Assembly (NCBI GenBank): GCA_964371565.1
Contig: CAYJND010000001.1
Location: forward strand, 1-56,188
Length of the DNA stretch: 56,188 nt
Origin: an uncultured Desulfovibrionaceae bacterium
GTDB lineage: Bacteria > Desulfobacterota > Desulfovibrionia > Desulfovibrionales > Desulfovibrionaceae
Direction: 5' to 3'
Positions 1 to 9,332 of this stretch are shown here, piece by piece; the stretch's first letter is position 1, and each line of letters begins with the position of its first letter. The notes beneath the pieces were generated by a model that saw only the letters and a program-made list of their open reading frames with translations, ran no database searches and was not told where the DNA came from. Position numbers and translations under genes: made by a program.

Positions 1-32
1 GGGAAAACCTTTTGTGAATAAAAGGTTTTCCC
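1..32. terminator. Perfect 13-bp stem-loop at the window edge, possibly the terminator of a gene upstream of the window
   Basis: GGGAAAACCTTTT (1-13), loop GTGAAT, AAAAGGTTTTCCC (20-32). There is no clean U-run on the + strand and the context is truncated. Confidence 0.3.
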
Positions 33-220
33 CCATACCCCCCTTTCCAAAAAACTTTCCTTGCGACAATACGTTATCTTTGAAAGTAAAATCTTGCCGC
101 ATCAAAAAATTATAAAATTATATTTTTATTCACTTTATTTCAAAAATATTTTAGAACGCTGAAAAAAATGTAGACCTTATGTAAGGCTCATAAAGCTAAA
201 AAAACGCCCTCATAATCCCC

Positions 221-249
221 TTGCGTATCCCTCATATTCCCAGTATAAA
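221..249 (+). promoter_or_regulatory. Sigma-70-like promoter candidate for tgt
   Basis: TTGCGT (221-226), 17-nt spacer, TATAAA (244-249). Only 6 nt separate the -10 from the tgt ATG at 256 and no SD is visible, so the mRNA may be leaderless. Confidence 0.3.
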
Positions 250-255
250 AAGCCC

Positions 256-1377
256 ATGAATAAAACATTTACCATTACTGCCACCGACGGTGCAGCCCGT
301 ACCGGCATTTTGCAAACCGCCCATGGCGCCATAAATACCCCCATTTTCATGCCTGTGGGCACTGTGGGGTCTGTAAAAGCCATTGCCCCCGATGATTTAC
401 ATGCCATGCAGGCAGAAATTATCCTTGGCAATACCTATCACTTATACTTGCGCCCCGGTGATGACTTAGTGGCTCGCCGCGGTGGCCTGCACGGTTTTAA
501 TGCTTGGGATAAGCCCATTTTGACCGATAGCGGCGGCTTTCAAGTGTTTAGCCTTAATGATTTGCGCAAAATCAGCGAAGAGGGCGTAGAATTTCGCTCT
601 CACATTGATGGCTCTAAGCATTTTTTCACACCAGAAAATGTTATTAAAATTCAGCGCAATTTAAATTCTGACATTATGATGGTGCTGGATGAATGCGTAG
701 CCTTTGGGGCAGATTATGGCTATACAGAAAAATCACTGGCCCTCACCACACGCTGGGCCAAACGCGCCCGTGAGGCTTACCCTCAAGGCACCGCAGGCAA
801 TTTGCTGTTTGCCATTACCCAAGGCGGTTTTTATAAAGATTTACGTAAACGCTCGGTGGAAGAATTGTGCTCCATGGACTTTGACGGCTTTGCCATAGGC
901 GGCCTTTCTGTGGGCGAAAGCAAAGAAATTCTTATGGATTTTCTCTATTACACAGCGCCGCTTTTGCCACAAGATAAAGCCCGTTATCTTATGGGTGTAG
1001 GCACGCCCCTTGATATTGTCAACGGCATTGCCGCCGGTGTAGATATGTTTGATTGTGTGCTACCTACACGTAATGCCCGTAATGGTACCTTATATACTTC
1101 CCTTGGCAAGGTGAATATTAAACGCAAAGAATATGCCGAAGATGACGGTCCTTTAGATCCGCAGTGCAATTGCTATACATGCCGCACTTTTAGCAAGGCC
1201 TATTTGCGCCACCTCTATGTGAGCAAAGAGCTTTTATCCTTTAGGCTTAACTCCTTGCATAACTTAACGTATTTCTTAGATACGGTGCGCCGCGCTCGAG
1301 AGGCCATTAAGGCCGGCGAATTTGCGCGCTTTAAGGCGAGCATGGAAAGTATTTATCCTGAGGAAGTAGTTTCTTAA
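256..1377 (+). CDS. tgt: Queuine tRNA-ribosyltransferase
   Basis: 373 aa. The N-terminus [27 protein letters not shown], then LGNTYHL, DSGGFQV, and the zinc-site region CxCxxC(R) ([17 protein letters not shown]) are all typical Tgt. Confidence 0.95.
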   Translation: MNKTFTITATDGAARTGILQTAHGAINTPIFMPVGTVGSVKAIAPDDLHAMQAEIILGNTYHLYLRPGDDLVARRGGLHGFNAWDKPILTDSGGFQVFSLNDLRKISEEGVEFRSHIDGSKHFFTPENVIKIQRNLNSDIMMVLDECVAFGADYGYTEKSLALTTRWAKRAREAYPQGTAGNLLFAITQGGFYKDLRKRSVEELCSMDFDGFAIGGLSVGESKEILMDFLYYTAPLLPQDKARYLMGVGTPLDIVNGIAAGVDMFDCVLPTRNARNGTLYTSLGKVNIKRKEYAEDDGPLDPQCNCYTCRTFSKAYLRHLYVSKELLSFRLNSLHNLTYFLDTVRRAREAIKAGEFARFKASMESIYPEEVVS

Positions 1378-1394
1378 TTTTTTCTTCATAAAAG

Positions 1395-1425
1395 GCGGTT
1401 ATGGTCTCACCATGCCGCTTTTTTT
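1395..1425 (+). terminator. Hairpin plus T7 run downstream of tgt (terminator or attenuator)
   Basis: GCGG(T)TATGG, loop TCTCA, CCATGCCGC, followed by TTTTTTT (1419-1425). It lies only about 22 nt before the next start codon. Confidence 0.4.
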
Positions 1426-1447
1426 GTTTTACTAGTATGAGGTTTAT

Positions 1448-2662
1448 ATGAGTACTTCCCCCACTCCTTTTGTTGATATAGCTTCTTTAACGCCCTCAGA
1501 GCGCTTAGGGCAGGCGCAAGATATAGCGCAAGACTTAACCTATGAAGCTCTTTTAGCCTTGCCTCTCAACCCCGATGAACGCATGTTGCAAAGTCGTGTT
1601 TTTGATACCAGACAGCGCCTTGTGCAAAAGCTTTTATGCCAATGCGCCGAAGCCTACACCGAGCAAAATAAAGAGCTTAAAATTTCTGCCGACGCCATGG
1701 AAGATGCCTGGCGCGAAGCCTTACCGCCTTTACTCTTGCCGCCCATTGGAAAAATAGCGCATTTTTCTGCATGGCGCACGGCTTTGCTTGCCCTTTTGGG
1801 CTTTTTGCTGGGCTTGGCTGTAGGGCAAGCTTTCACCTCTTTGGGTGTGCTTGGCGCCTACGATATGGGTGATGCGGCGCGGCAAGGTCAAGCCATGGGC
1901 GAAAGCTTGGGGCAGCCCTCTTTTTCCATGGGCATACAGCTTATATGTGGTCTTTTGGGCGCCATGGGTATAGTATGGTTTTCAGAATATTTACTGGGCG
2001 GCATGACCTCAGGGCGCTTGGTATTTTTAGGCAAAAAGTACACTTGGAAGCGTTTTAGACGATTCTTCACTTGGGGTGTGGGTGGCTTGCTTGTGTTGAG
2101 CCTTGTGCGTGACTTTATGGGGGCTAAGCTTGGCATTTTACACTTGGTGCAAGGCTTTGGTTTTATTTTTACCTCAGGACAAGTATTACCTTTTTTTGCT
2201 AATGTTTACGGCATTGTCTGCTTTTGCGTGGCCTTTGCGCTCTTATTGCAGCGCCCTTTGTCTTTTGATGAACATGATTTTTCTGAAAAATTACAAGTAG
2301 CCATTGCTCAGTGGTGGACAGGGGCAAGCCTTGTGGGGCCCTTGCTTATAGAGAATATGCAACTTAAGCACGATCCCACCAAGGATGCGTGGAAAAAAGT
2401 AGGCCTTGAGCTGTATTCTTTGGCAGGCGAATTACCTGAAGCACGCGGGCAATGGCTTAAAGAACGTTTGCGCCGTGTGGGTGTAGAGGCTACCCGCGAA
2501 CAAGGGGATGCAGGGGCGCTGTATTGGTCAGAAGAAATGAGCGAACGTTATACGCCTTTGGGCTTTATAGCCGTGGGGGATGCCTGCTATGTGGATGAAC
2601 CGCCACTACTTGAGCAAGGTCTTTTGGTGCGCAAAGGCACCGTGCGTAAGGTGAGGAAATAA
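1448..2662 (+). CDS. Polytopic membrane protein of unknown function, partner of the Hsp70-like ATPase
   Basis: 404 aa. GAGG lies 5 nt upstream of the ATG. The layout is a soluble N-terminal region of about 100 aa, about 5 hydrophobic segments (e.g. LLALLGFLLGLAVGQAF, LICGLLGAMGIVWF, VYGIVCFCVAFALLL), and a soluble C-terminal region of about 130 aa. I recognise no family motif. Confidence 0.6.
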   Translation: MSTSPTPFVDIASLTPSERLGQAQDIAQDLTYEALLALPLNPDERMLQSRVFDTRQRLVQKLLCQCAEAYTEQNKELKISADAMEDAWREALPPLLLPPIGKIAHFSAWRTALLALLGFLLGLAVGQAFTSLGVLGAYDMGDAARQGQAMGESLGQPSFSMGIQLICGLLGAMGIVWFSEYLLGGMTSGRLVFLGKKYTWKRFRRFFTWGVGGLLVLSLVRDFMGAKLGILHLVQGFGFIFTSGQVLPFFANVYGIVCFCVAFALLLQRPLSFDEHDFSEKLQVAIAQWWTGASLVGPLLIENMQLKHDPTKDAWKKVGLELYSLAGELPEARGQWLKERLRRVGVEATREQGDAGALYWSEEMSERYTPLGFIAVGDACYVDEPPLLEQGLLVRKGTVRKVRK

Positions 2663-2663
2663 T

Positions 2664-4763
2664 ATGCAACATATGATAGCCATGGATTTAGGCACCAGTA
2701 ATACCTGCATTGCCACCAGTGAAGAGGGGCAGGGCAAGGTACGCGTTATCAAGCCGCAAGATTGGCACAATCCCACCCTTGGCGGTGCCATACCCACCTT
2801 GATTTTGTATAAAGAGGGGCATCCCTTTCTCATTGGCGCGGCGGCAGAGTACGAATTTGGCGAGGCCAGCCCCCATGAGCGCAAAAGCTATCATTTGTAT
2901 AGCCAATTTAAGCCAGATATAGCCGTTAATGCTGAAGCTAGGGGCTATATGGTAGATTTTTTACGCCTTTTGCGCACGAGAGTTTCAGAGCTAGACGCGC
3001 CTCAAGTGCATGATCAGGTGGAAAATCCTGAAGCAGAGAAATCTTTAAGCTCTGCGCTCCCTGCCGTGTTAGTGGGCATTCCCTCGCAGGCAGAAAATCA
3101 TTATCAGCAAATACTGCGTCAATGCTTACACAGTACAGGTTGGCATAATGCGCAATTTTTGCGCGAGCCTGTGGGGGCGCTTTTGCACTATATGGCTAGC
3201 GGGGCTTTATCTCCTTCGCAAGCCGCTAAGGGTGTGCTTACGGTGGATTTTGGCGGCGGTACCTGCGATTTTGCTTATTTGCGCCGTGCTGATGTGGTGG
3301 GTCGCTATGGGGATATGCTGTACGGGGGGCGTCTTTTTGACGATTTACTCTATCAAGTGCTTTTAGAGCATAATCCCGGCCTTGAGCGTCAGTTAGTGCA
3401 AGAAAATAATGAATATTACGTGCACTGGGTGGCGTGCAGGCGAGCAAAAGAAGAATTTTCTGCCGCCATGGCACATAATCGCGAACAAAGTGTCACGGTG
3501 CGGGTGCGTTGGTCTTACTTTGACGGTAAAAAAAGCCAAGAATGTTCAGCCTATATAGAGAATTTTACATGGCTAGACTTTTTAGAACGCGCTGGAAATT
3601 ATAAGCCCACATCCAGTTTTTTGTTATCTTTACAAGAACATGGTGCGAGATCAGGCCTTTCTGCTCGCGGTGAGGGGCTTTTGGCGGGTAAAAGGGCTGA
3701 TCTTATCTCGTGGTTTGAGGACAGCTTTTTAGAAAGCCTTAAAAGCATGCGCCAAGAGCAGAGCTCACCCACAGGTTTTTATGCCACTACCCCCATGGTG
3801 CTTTTAACGGGGGGCAGCAGTGCGTGGCCCTTTGTGCAAGATATTATAAAGCAAAATCTTGGGGCAGAAGTGAAAATTCTCATGGGGGATGAGCCTTATG
3901 CAGATATAGCCAAGGGGCTTGCCCAGTACCATGTACTTACGGCGCATTTGCGCCAAGGGCGCGAAGCTTTAAAAAATGAGCTGGGCGTTTTTATGCATGA
4001 GCGTATTCGCCGTCATGGCATAGAGCGCATTTTAGAAAGCGGCTCTGAGGTGCTTATGCGCGAAATGGGCTCTTTTTTGCGCGATGTTATCCTTATGCCA
4101 GAATTTCGACGCTATAGAGAGCAAGGCGGTCCATTAAGCAAGCTTATGCAAGGCATTGCACACAATCTTTTGCAAGAAGAAAAAAGTGTGCAGCAACTTT
4201 TAGATGCTTCCATGGCACGCATGGGGCGGCAAATTGTAGATGCCTGCCGTCAAGAGCTTAAAAGCTGGTTTCACGAAAAGGGTATTCCCATAGTGCCAGA
4301 GCGCTTAGAACAAACTTGGATAGCCGTTGCCATGGATAATTTTGTGGCGCATATGGGAGAAAAGCTTGGTAAAAGCACCTTGTGCCAAGATCGTAATGCG
4401 GCGGAGCTTGCCACCATGGTGGCAGGGCCTGGCTTAGCGGCGTTGGCGGCCTCTGGGGCGCCCATGACGGCTACAGTTATTGGGGTAAGCGGTCTTGTGC
4501 TCATGAAAGTTTTTAATCTGAATAAATGGGTGGTAGACCAAGTGATGCATGTGCCCACGCCCTCACTTATTCGTAAAAAACTCTTTAGCGAAAAACGGTT
4601 AGAAAAACTCTGTGATGAACAGCTCAAAGCTTTTGGGGCAGAATTTAAAAAGCAGATTTTAGCTTCGTGGAAAATGAGCGAAGGGCAAATTATGGCAGAA
4701 GCGGCTCGCGTAGCCGAAGAAGAAATCTCTGCCCTAGATATTTTGAATATTTCACCAAATTAA
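2664..4763 (+). CDS. Atypical Hsp70/actin-fold ATPase with a non-canonical helical and hydrophobic C-terminal region
   Basis: 699 aa. The start is 1 nt after the upstream stop. Hsp70 NBD motifs present: MDLGTSNTCIA (phosphate-1), REPVGALLHY, VDFGGGTCDF (phosphate-2), LLTGGSSAWPFVQ (adenosine). There is no Hsp70 substrate-binding domain. The C-terminal part of about 270 aa is helical with one roughly 35-aa hydrophobic stretch (LATMVAGPGLAALAASGAPMTATVIGVSGLVLMKVF). Confidence 0.75.
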   Translation: MQHMIAMDLGTSNTCIATSEEGQGKVRVIKPQDWHNPTLGGAIPTLILYKEGHPFLIGAAAEYEFGEASPHERKSYHLYSQFKPDIAVNAEARGYMVDFLRLLRTRVSELDAPQVHDQVENPEAEKSLSSALPAVLVGIPSQAENHYQQILRQCLHSTGWHNAQFLREPVGALLHYMASGALSPSQAAKGVLTVDFGGGTCDFAYLRRADVVGRYGDMLYGGRLFDDLLYQVLLEHNPGLERQLVQENNEYYVHWVACRRAKEEFSAAMAHNREQSVTVRVRWSYFDGKKSQECSAYIENFTWLDFLERAGNYKPTSSFLLSLQEHGARSGLSARGEGLLAGKRADLISWFEDSFLESLKSMRQEQSSPTGFYATTPMVLLTGGSSAWPFVQDIIKQNLGAEVKILMGDEPYADIAKGLAQYHVLTAHLRQGREALKNELGVFMHERIRRHGIERILESGSEVLMREMGSFLRDVILMPEFRRYREQGGPLSKLMQGIAHNLLQEEKSVQQLLDASMARMGRQIVDACRQELKSWFHEKGIPIVPERLEQTWIAVAMDNFVAHMGEKLGKSTLCQDRNAAELATMVAGPGLAALAASGAPMTATVIGVSGLVLMKVFNLNKWVVDQVMHVPTPSLIRKKLFSEKRLEKLCDEQLKAFGAEFKKQILASWKMSEGQIMAEAARVAEEEISALDILNISPN

Positions 4764-4777
4764 AATTATTACTGAGC

Positions 4778-4798
4778 ATGGGGGATACTATCCCCCAT
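4778..4798. terminator. 8-bp stem-loop between convergent genes
   Basis: ATGGGGGA, loop TACTA, TCCCCCAT. It sits between the Hsp70-like stop (4763) and the mnmG stop (4826). Confidence 0.4.
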
Positions 4799-4825
4799 AC
4801 TATTTCATAATTTCTTTAAAAATAG

Positions 4826-6697
4826 CTATTTACCAAGCAAACCTAATTTGCGTAAATGTATTTCTAAACACGCAATGGCCGCAGGGGTTACGCCAGAAAT
4901 ACGTCCGGCTTGCCCCAAGGTATGTGGTTTTAGTTTTAAAAGCTTTTCTTGCACTTCTGCCGAAAGGCCTGCCACATGGGCATAGTCTAAATCTTGGGGC
5001 AGTGGAGTGTTTTCAAGGCGCGAGGCGCGTTGAACCAATTGCTCTTGCCTTTGCAAATAACCGGCATATTTCACTTGAGTTTGGCTTTCGGCCTGCACAT
5101 CATAAGCATAGTCAGCTATGGCTGGGCACAGCGGGCTTAGAGTCTGCAAGGTTACTGCTGGGCGACGCAAAAGCTCTGCTAAGCTGGCACCGCCATGGGG
5201 GCTATTTTCGCCAATGGCCTCTAGCGCTGTGCGTAGCTCTGGGCTTGGGCTTATGCGGGTGCTTTCAAGGTAGGTATTTAACTGCGCCACCTTGGCATAT
5301 TTTTCTTGAAAGGTTTGCCACTGCGCATCTTGCACAAGGCCAAGTTCTCTCCCCTTGGGGGTAAGACGCGCATCGGCATTATTTTCGCGTAAAAGCAAGC
5401 GGTGTTCAGCGCGAGAGGTAAACATGCGATAAGGCTCAAGGGTGCCTAAAGTGACAAGGTCATCAATAAGCACAGCCATATAGGCTTCTTCACGCCCTAA
5501 AATAAAGGGCGGCAAGCCAAGAATTTTTTGTGAAATATTAATGGCTGCCCACAAACCTTGCGCCGCAGCTTCTTCATAGCCTGAGGTGCCGTTAATTTGA
5601 CCTGCATGCCATAAGCCCTCTACCTTGCGCGTCTCTAGCGTGGGGTGCAATTGCACAGGGTTTACATAATCGTATTCAATGGCATAGCCGGGGCGCAGCA
5701 TATGGGCATTTTCAAGGCCGGGAATGGTGGCAATGAGCGCCAATTGCACATCTAACGGTAAAGAAGTAGACACGCCGTTTACATAGCACTCTGCGCTATG
5801 CACGCCCTCTGGTTCAATGAAAATTTGATGACGCAAACGCTCGGGGAAGCGCGCAATTTTGTCTTCAATGCTGGGGCAATAGCGCGCCCCTGTGCCTTGA
5901 ATAACGCCGGTAAAAAGGGGTGAGCGGTCAAAACCTGTGCGTATGACATCATGGGTTTTGTCATTGGTCCAGGTGATATAGCATGAAACTTGCTCTAAGG
6001 GAGGCTTTGGGCCATGAAAGCTAAAGCCTTCAATAAATTCTTCGCTTTTTTGTTCTTCCATTTGTGAAAAATCAATGGAAGAGCGCAAAAGGCGCGGGGT
6101 GGTGCCTGTTTTAAGGCGTCCTGTTTCTAAACCTAAATCTTGTAAAGATTTGGTTAAATGCGCTGTGGGAGCATCGCCAAGGCGCCCTCCCTGCACAGAA
6201 GTCATGCCAATATGAATGCGTCCGCATAAAAAGGTGCCCGTGGTTAATAGCACATGCTTTGCGTGAAATTCTCGCCCAAGGGCAGTACGCACACCGCGTA
6301 TGCCAGCATCCCCCGTGAGCAATTCCTCTACGCTATCTTGCCAAACTTTAAGATTTTTTAGAGAAAAAATACTTTGTTTGACCACGCTCATATAGGCATC
6401 TCTATCCATTTGTGCGCGTGTTGCACGCACGGCTGGGCCTTTGCTGGTATTTAAAATGCGAAATTGAATACCGCCGGCATCGGCCCAAAGACCCATCATG
6501 CCGCCAAGAGCGTCAATTTCACGTACCATATGCCCCTTGGCTAGGCCACCTATGGCAGGATTACACGATAAATGCCCAATGCGGTCAAGATTACCAGTAA
6601 TGAGCAAAGTGTTATGCCCAAGACGCGCCAGAGCATGAGCGGCTTCACAGCCGGCATGTCCTGCGCCCACCACGATGACATCAAATTGAGCGTCCAT
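4826..6697 (-). CDS. mnmG: tRNA uridine-5-carboxymethylaminomethyl modification enzyme MnmG (GidA)
   Basis: [19 protein letters not shown] motif, GPRYCPSIE-like [10 protein letters not shown], and a GidA C-terminal domain. The start is trimmed to the ATG at 6697 ([11 protein letters not shown]); the 22-codon upstream extension of the ORF looks spurious. Confidence 0.93.
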   Translation of the reverse strand: MDAQFDVIVVGAGHAGCEAAHALARLGHNTLLITGNLDRIGHLSCNPAIGGLAKGHMVREIDALGGMMGLWADAGGIQFRILNTSKGPAVRATRAQMDRDAYMSVVKQSIFSLKNLKVWQDSVEELLTGDAGIRGVRTALGREFHAKHVLLTTGTFLCGRIHIGMTSVQGGRLGDAPTAHLTKSLQDLGLETGRLKTGTTPRLLRSSIDFSQMEEQKSEEFIEGFSFHGPKPPLEQVSCYITWTNDKTHDVIRTGFDRSPLFTGVIQGTGARYCPSIEDKIARFPERLRHQIFIEPEGVHSAECYVNGVSTSLPLDVQLALIATIPGLENAHMLRPGYAIEYDYVNPVQLHPTLETRKVEGLWHAGQINGTSGYEEAAAQGLWAAINISQKILGLPPFILGREEAYMAVLIDDLVTLGTLEPYRMFTSRAEHRLLLRENNADARLTPKGRELGLVQDAQWQTFQEKYAKVAQLNTYLESTRISPSPELRTALEAIGENSPHGGASLAELLRRPAVTLQTLSPLCPAIADYAYDVQAESQTQVKYAGYLQRQEQLVQRASRLENTPLPQDLDYAHVAGLSAEVQEKLLKLKPHTLGQAGRISGVTPAAIACLEIHLRKLGLLGK

Positions 6698-6813
6698 ACT
6701 AACCCTTAAAATACTTAAAAATCCATAGCAAAAAGGGCGGTAAGTTTGCCTTGCGTGATGCAAAACAAACCTCCACCCTCAAAAGTGTAGGGGCAAAAAT
6801 TTTATTTGCGCTC

Positions 6814-7080
6814 TTACTTGCGACCTTTTGCAGCACGCTTAGAAGCTTTAAGGGGGTTAACCTTAGCGGCTTTAGCAGCAGCAGCTTTTACGTGTGTAGA
6901 GAAATTACATCGACCACCCACCCATTTGCGAGCTGGTGTAGGGTAAGTAGAGCAGAAGTTTTCACCTTCAAATTCGCGAATACGACCGCAACCTTCACAT
7001 TGCTCAACAACAGGAGTAAGAGTAAAGCCGTTAAGCTCAACACCTGCAGCAGTTTTTACGGCATTTTCTAAAGTAGCCAT
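6814..7080 (-). CDS. Small PxxKW-type cysteine-rich protein with a Lys/Ala-rich basic tail
   Basis: 88 aa from the ATG at 7080, with GGAGG upstream. Contains CEGC...C...PARKW...C and then the tail KAAAAKAAKVNPLKASKRAAKGRK. Confidence 0.6.
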   Translation of the reverse strand: MATLENAVKTAAGVELNGFTLTPVVEQCEGCGRIREFEGENFCSTYPTPARKWVGGRCNFSTHVKAAAAKAAKVNPLKASKRAAKGRK

Positions 7081-7224
7081 TATAGACCTCCGGTACGCCT
7101 TATGGCGTGAAATTTCTTTTGGGAAGCAAAGTTTATACAAAATATTTTTTCTGTCAAGAAAAAAACCTTGGGTTTACACCGCACGCTCTATAAAATATCT
7201 TGTAATACTGGCAAGCTGTACTAT

Positions 7225-7746
7225 TTATACGTTATTACCCCATTTTTCCTGAAAAATTTTGCCTGCATCAAAGGTTTCGCGGCTTTTAAAATCTTGATCT
7301 GTATAGCCGCACACAATAATACCAAGCACTTCAGCATGCTCTGGCAAAGCAAAAAGCTCTTTAAAAGCGGCGGCGCGTTCGGCAATGGGGGTAACACCTG
7401 TCCACACGGTGCCCATGTTTAAATCTCGTGCGGCAAGCAATATATTTTGAATGGCAGCAGAACAATCTTGCACCCAAAAACCGGGGTATTTTTCTGCTTC
7501 AAGGTCTGCACAAACAACTATACATACAGAGCTTTCTTTTGCCATTTGTGCGTAAGGGTGCAGCTTAGCAATATTTTCAAAGGTGCTTTTTTCGCGCACC
7601 ACAATAAAGCGCCAAGGCTGGGCATTGCCGGCGCTGGGGGCAGCCATGGCAGCTTGTAAAAGCGTGGTGACATCTGTATCGCTCACAGCTTTATCATTAA
7701 ATTTGCGAATACTGCGACGAGTAAAAATACTTTCTAAAGTGTTCAT
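7225..7746 (-). CDS. Nitroreductase family protein
   Basis: 173 aa. RRSIRKF near the N-terminus and APSAGNAQPWRF, typical of the FMN nitroreductase fold. Confidence 0.85.
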   Translation of the reverse strand: MNTLESIFTRRSIRKFNDKAVSDTDVTTLLQAAMAAPSAGNAQPWRFIVVREKSTFENIAKLHPYAQMAKESSVCIVVCADLEAEKYPGFWVQDCSAAIQNILLAARDLNMGTVWTGVTPIAERAAAFKELFALPEHAEVLGIIVCGYTDQDFKSRETFDAGKIFQEKWGNNV

Positions 7747-7759
7747 ATTTTATCCTTTT

Positions 7760-9064
7760 TTAACGAGTGTCAGTAATACGTTTTGATTTACTAAAGGTAC
7801 GTGGTAATGTGGCATTATCCACTACTTGCACGCTTACGCGCGCCAATAAGGCCTTATGCAATTTACGGCTCACAGCTTCGGCCACATGAGCATCATTGTC
7901 ACGGCTGCCATCTTCGCTACGCTCAACACGTAACAGCATATGATCCATAGATTTATCATCGCGCGATAATTCCACATGATATTCACCGCCAAGCTCGGCA
8001 AAGCTGCCAATAACATCCATAATTTGACCGGGGTAAATATTCACCCCGCGGAAAATAAGCATGTCATCGCTGCGGCCTAAAATTTTATCATGGCGAGGTA
8101 TGGCACGCCCGCAACCGCACACGCCGCTTATAAGGCGTGATAAATCTCTGGTGCGATAGCGAATAAGGGGGCTAGCCTCTTTGCAAAGACTTGTGACCAC
8201 CATTTCGCCCACTTCTCCCTCTGCCACAGGTTCTAAAGTATCAGGGTTGATAATTTCTATATAAAAAAGATCAGCCCAATAATGCAAGCCTTCATGGGCA
8301 TCGCACTCAATGGCGGTGCCTGGGCCATACATCTCAGTCATGCCGGCAATGTCATAGCTACCTTCAAGGCCCAGTTTTTTCTCAATGGCAAGGCGCATTT
8401 TTTCACTGCGCGTTTCAGAGCCGCAAATGACTTTGCGTAAATGTATTTTATCTTTAAGGCCGTGGCGCTCTATTTCTTCTGCTACCAATAAGGCCATAGA
8501 TGATGTGGCGCCAAGGCAAGTGCTTTGCATATCTTGCAAAAGCTGAATATGCATTTCCATATTGCCAGGCCCCACCGGTATGGTAAGAGCCCCTAGCGCC
8601 TCACAGCCCTGCTGAAAACCAGCGCCTGCTGTCCATAAGCCATAACCTACAGCCACTTGCATTCTATCCATGGCAGTAAGACCTGCCATGGTGTAACAGC
8701 GCGCCATTTGTAAGTTAAAGGTATCCACGTCTTTTTGCGTATAAGCTAAAATTTTGCGCTTGCCTGTGGTACCCGAAGAGGCATGAATACGCACCACGTC
8801 TTCTTCTGGCACGCTGAGCAGGGGCAAGGGGTAGCCTTCGCGTAAATCTTCCACCGAAGTAAAGGGGAGCTTGCGCACATCTGCAAAGCTTTGAATGTCA
8901 TCTGGCTGAATATTCCCTAGCTTGGCACGGTATTGCGGCGAATATAGCGCCCTTTTTATGGTGTTGCGAATGCCTTGCAATTGAAAGCTTTCTAGGGCTT
9001 TTCCCCCATGAGCCATATGGTCAAGGCCTTGCAAGCTCTTAGTAAACATCTTGATATTATTCAT
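7760..9064 (-). CDS. Phenylacetate-CoA ligase-like adenylate-forming enzyme (PaaK / F390 synthetase family)
   Basis: 434 aa. SSGTTGKRK P-loop-like AMP-binding motif, YGPGTAIEC, and an overall PaaK-type length. Confidence 0.8.
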   Translation of the reverse strand: MNNIKMFTKSLQGLDHMAHGGKALESFQLQGIRNTIKRALYSPQYRAKLGNIQPDDIQSFADVRKLPFTSVEDLREGYPLPLLSVPEEDVVRIHASSGTTGKRKILAYTQKDVDTFNLQMARCYTMAGLTAMDRMQVAVGYGLWTAGAGFQQGCEALGALTIPVGPGNMEMHIQLLQDMQSTCLGATSSMALLVAEEIERHGLKDKIHLRKVICGSETRSEKMRLAIEKKLGLEGSYDIAGMTEMYGPGTAIECDAHEGLHYWADLFYIEIINPDTLEPVAEGEVGEMVVTSLCKEASPLIRYRTRDLSRLISGVCGCGRAIPRHDKILGRSDDMLIFRGVNIYPGQIMDVIGSFAELGGEYHVELSRDDKSMDHMLLRVERSEDGSRDNDAHVAEAVSRKLHKALLARVSVQVVDNATLPRTFSKSKRITDTR

Positions 9065-9332
9065 ATATTCCTCAGAGTATCCCCTAGGCTAGGGATTGCT
9101 TTTTACATAAGAAAAAGGTACATAGCCTAAATGCTTTTTGCACAAAAGCCGTAAAAAGACAAAAAGGCGTGCCATAGCAAGCCGTGTATAGATGCCCATA
9201 AGCCCAAAAGGCTTAAATAAGCTGTCTTTGCTCTTGGCGCTTAAAGGCATAGCAGTTTTTATGCTTTTTGAAAAGGCATACTGTATACAAAAATAAAAGT
9301 GTTTTTATTGGTATATAAACAAAGGAGTTATT

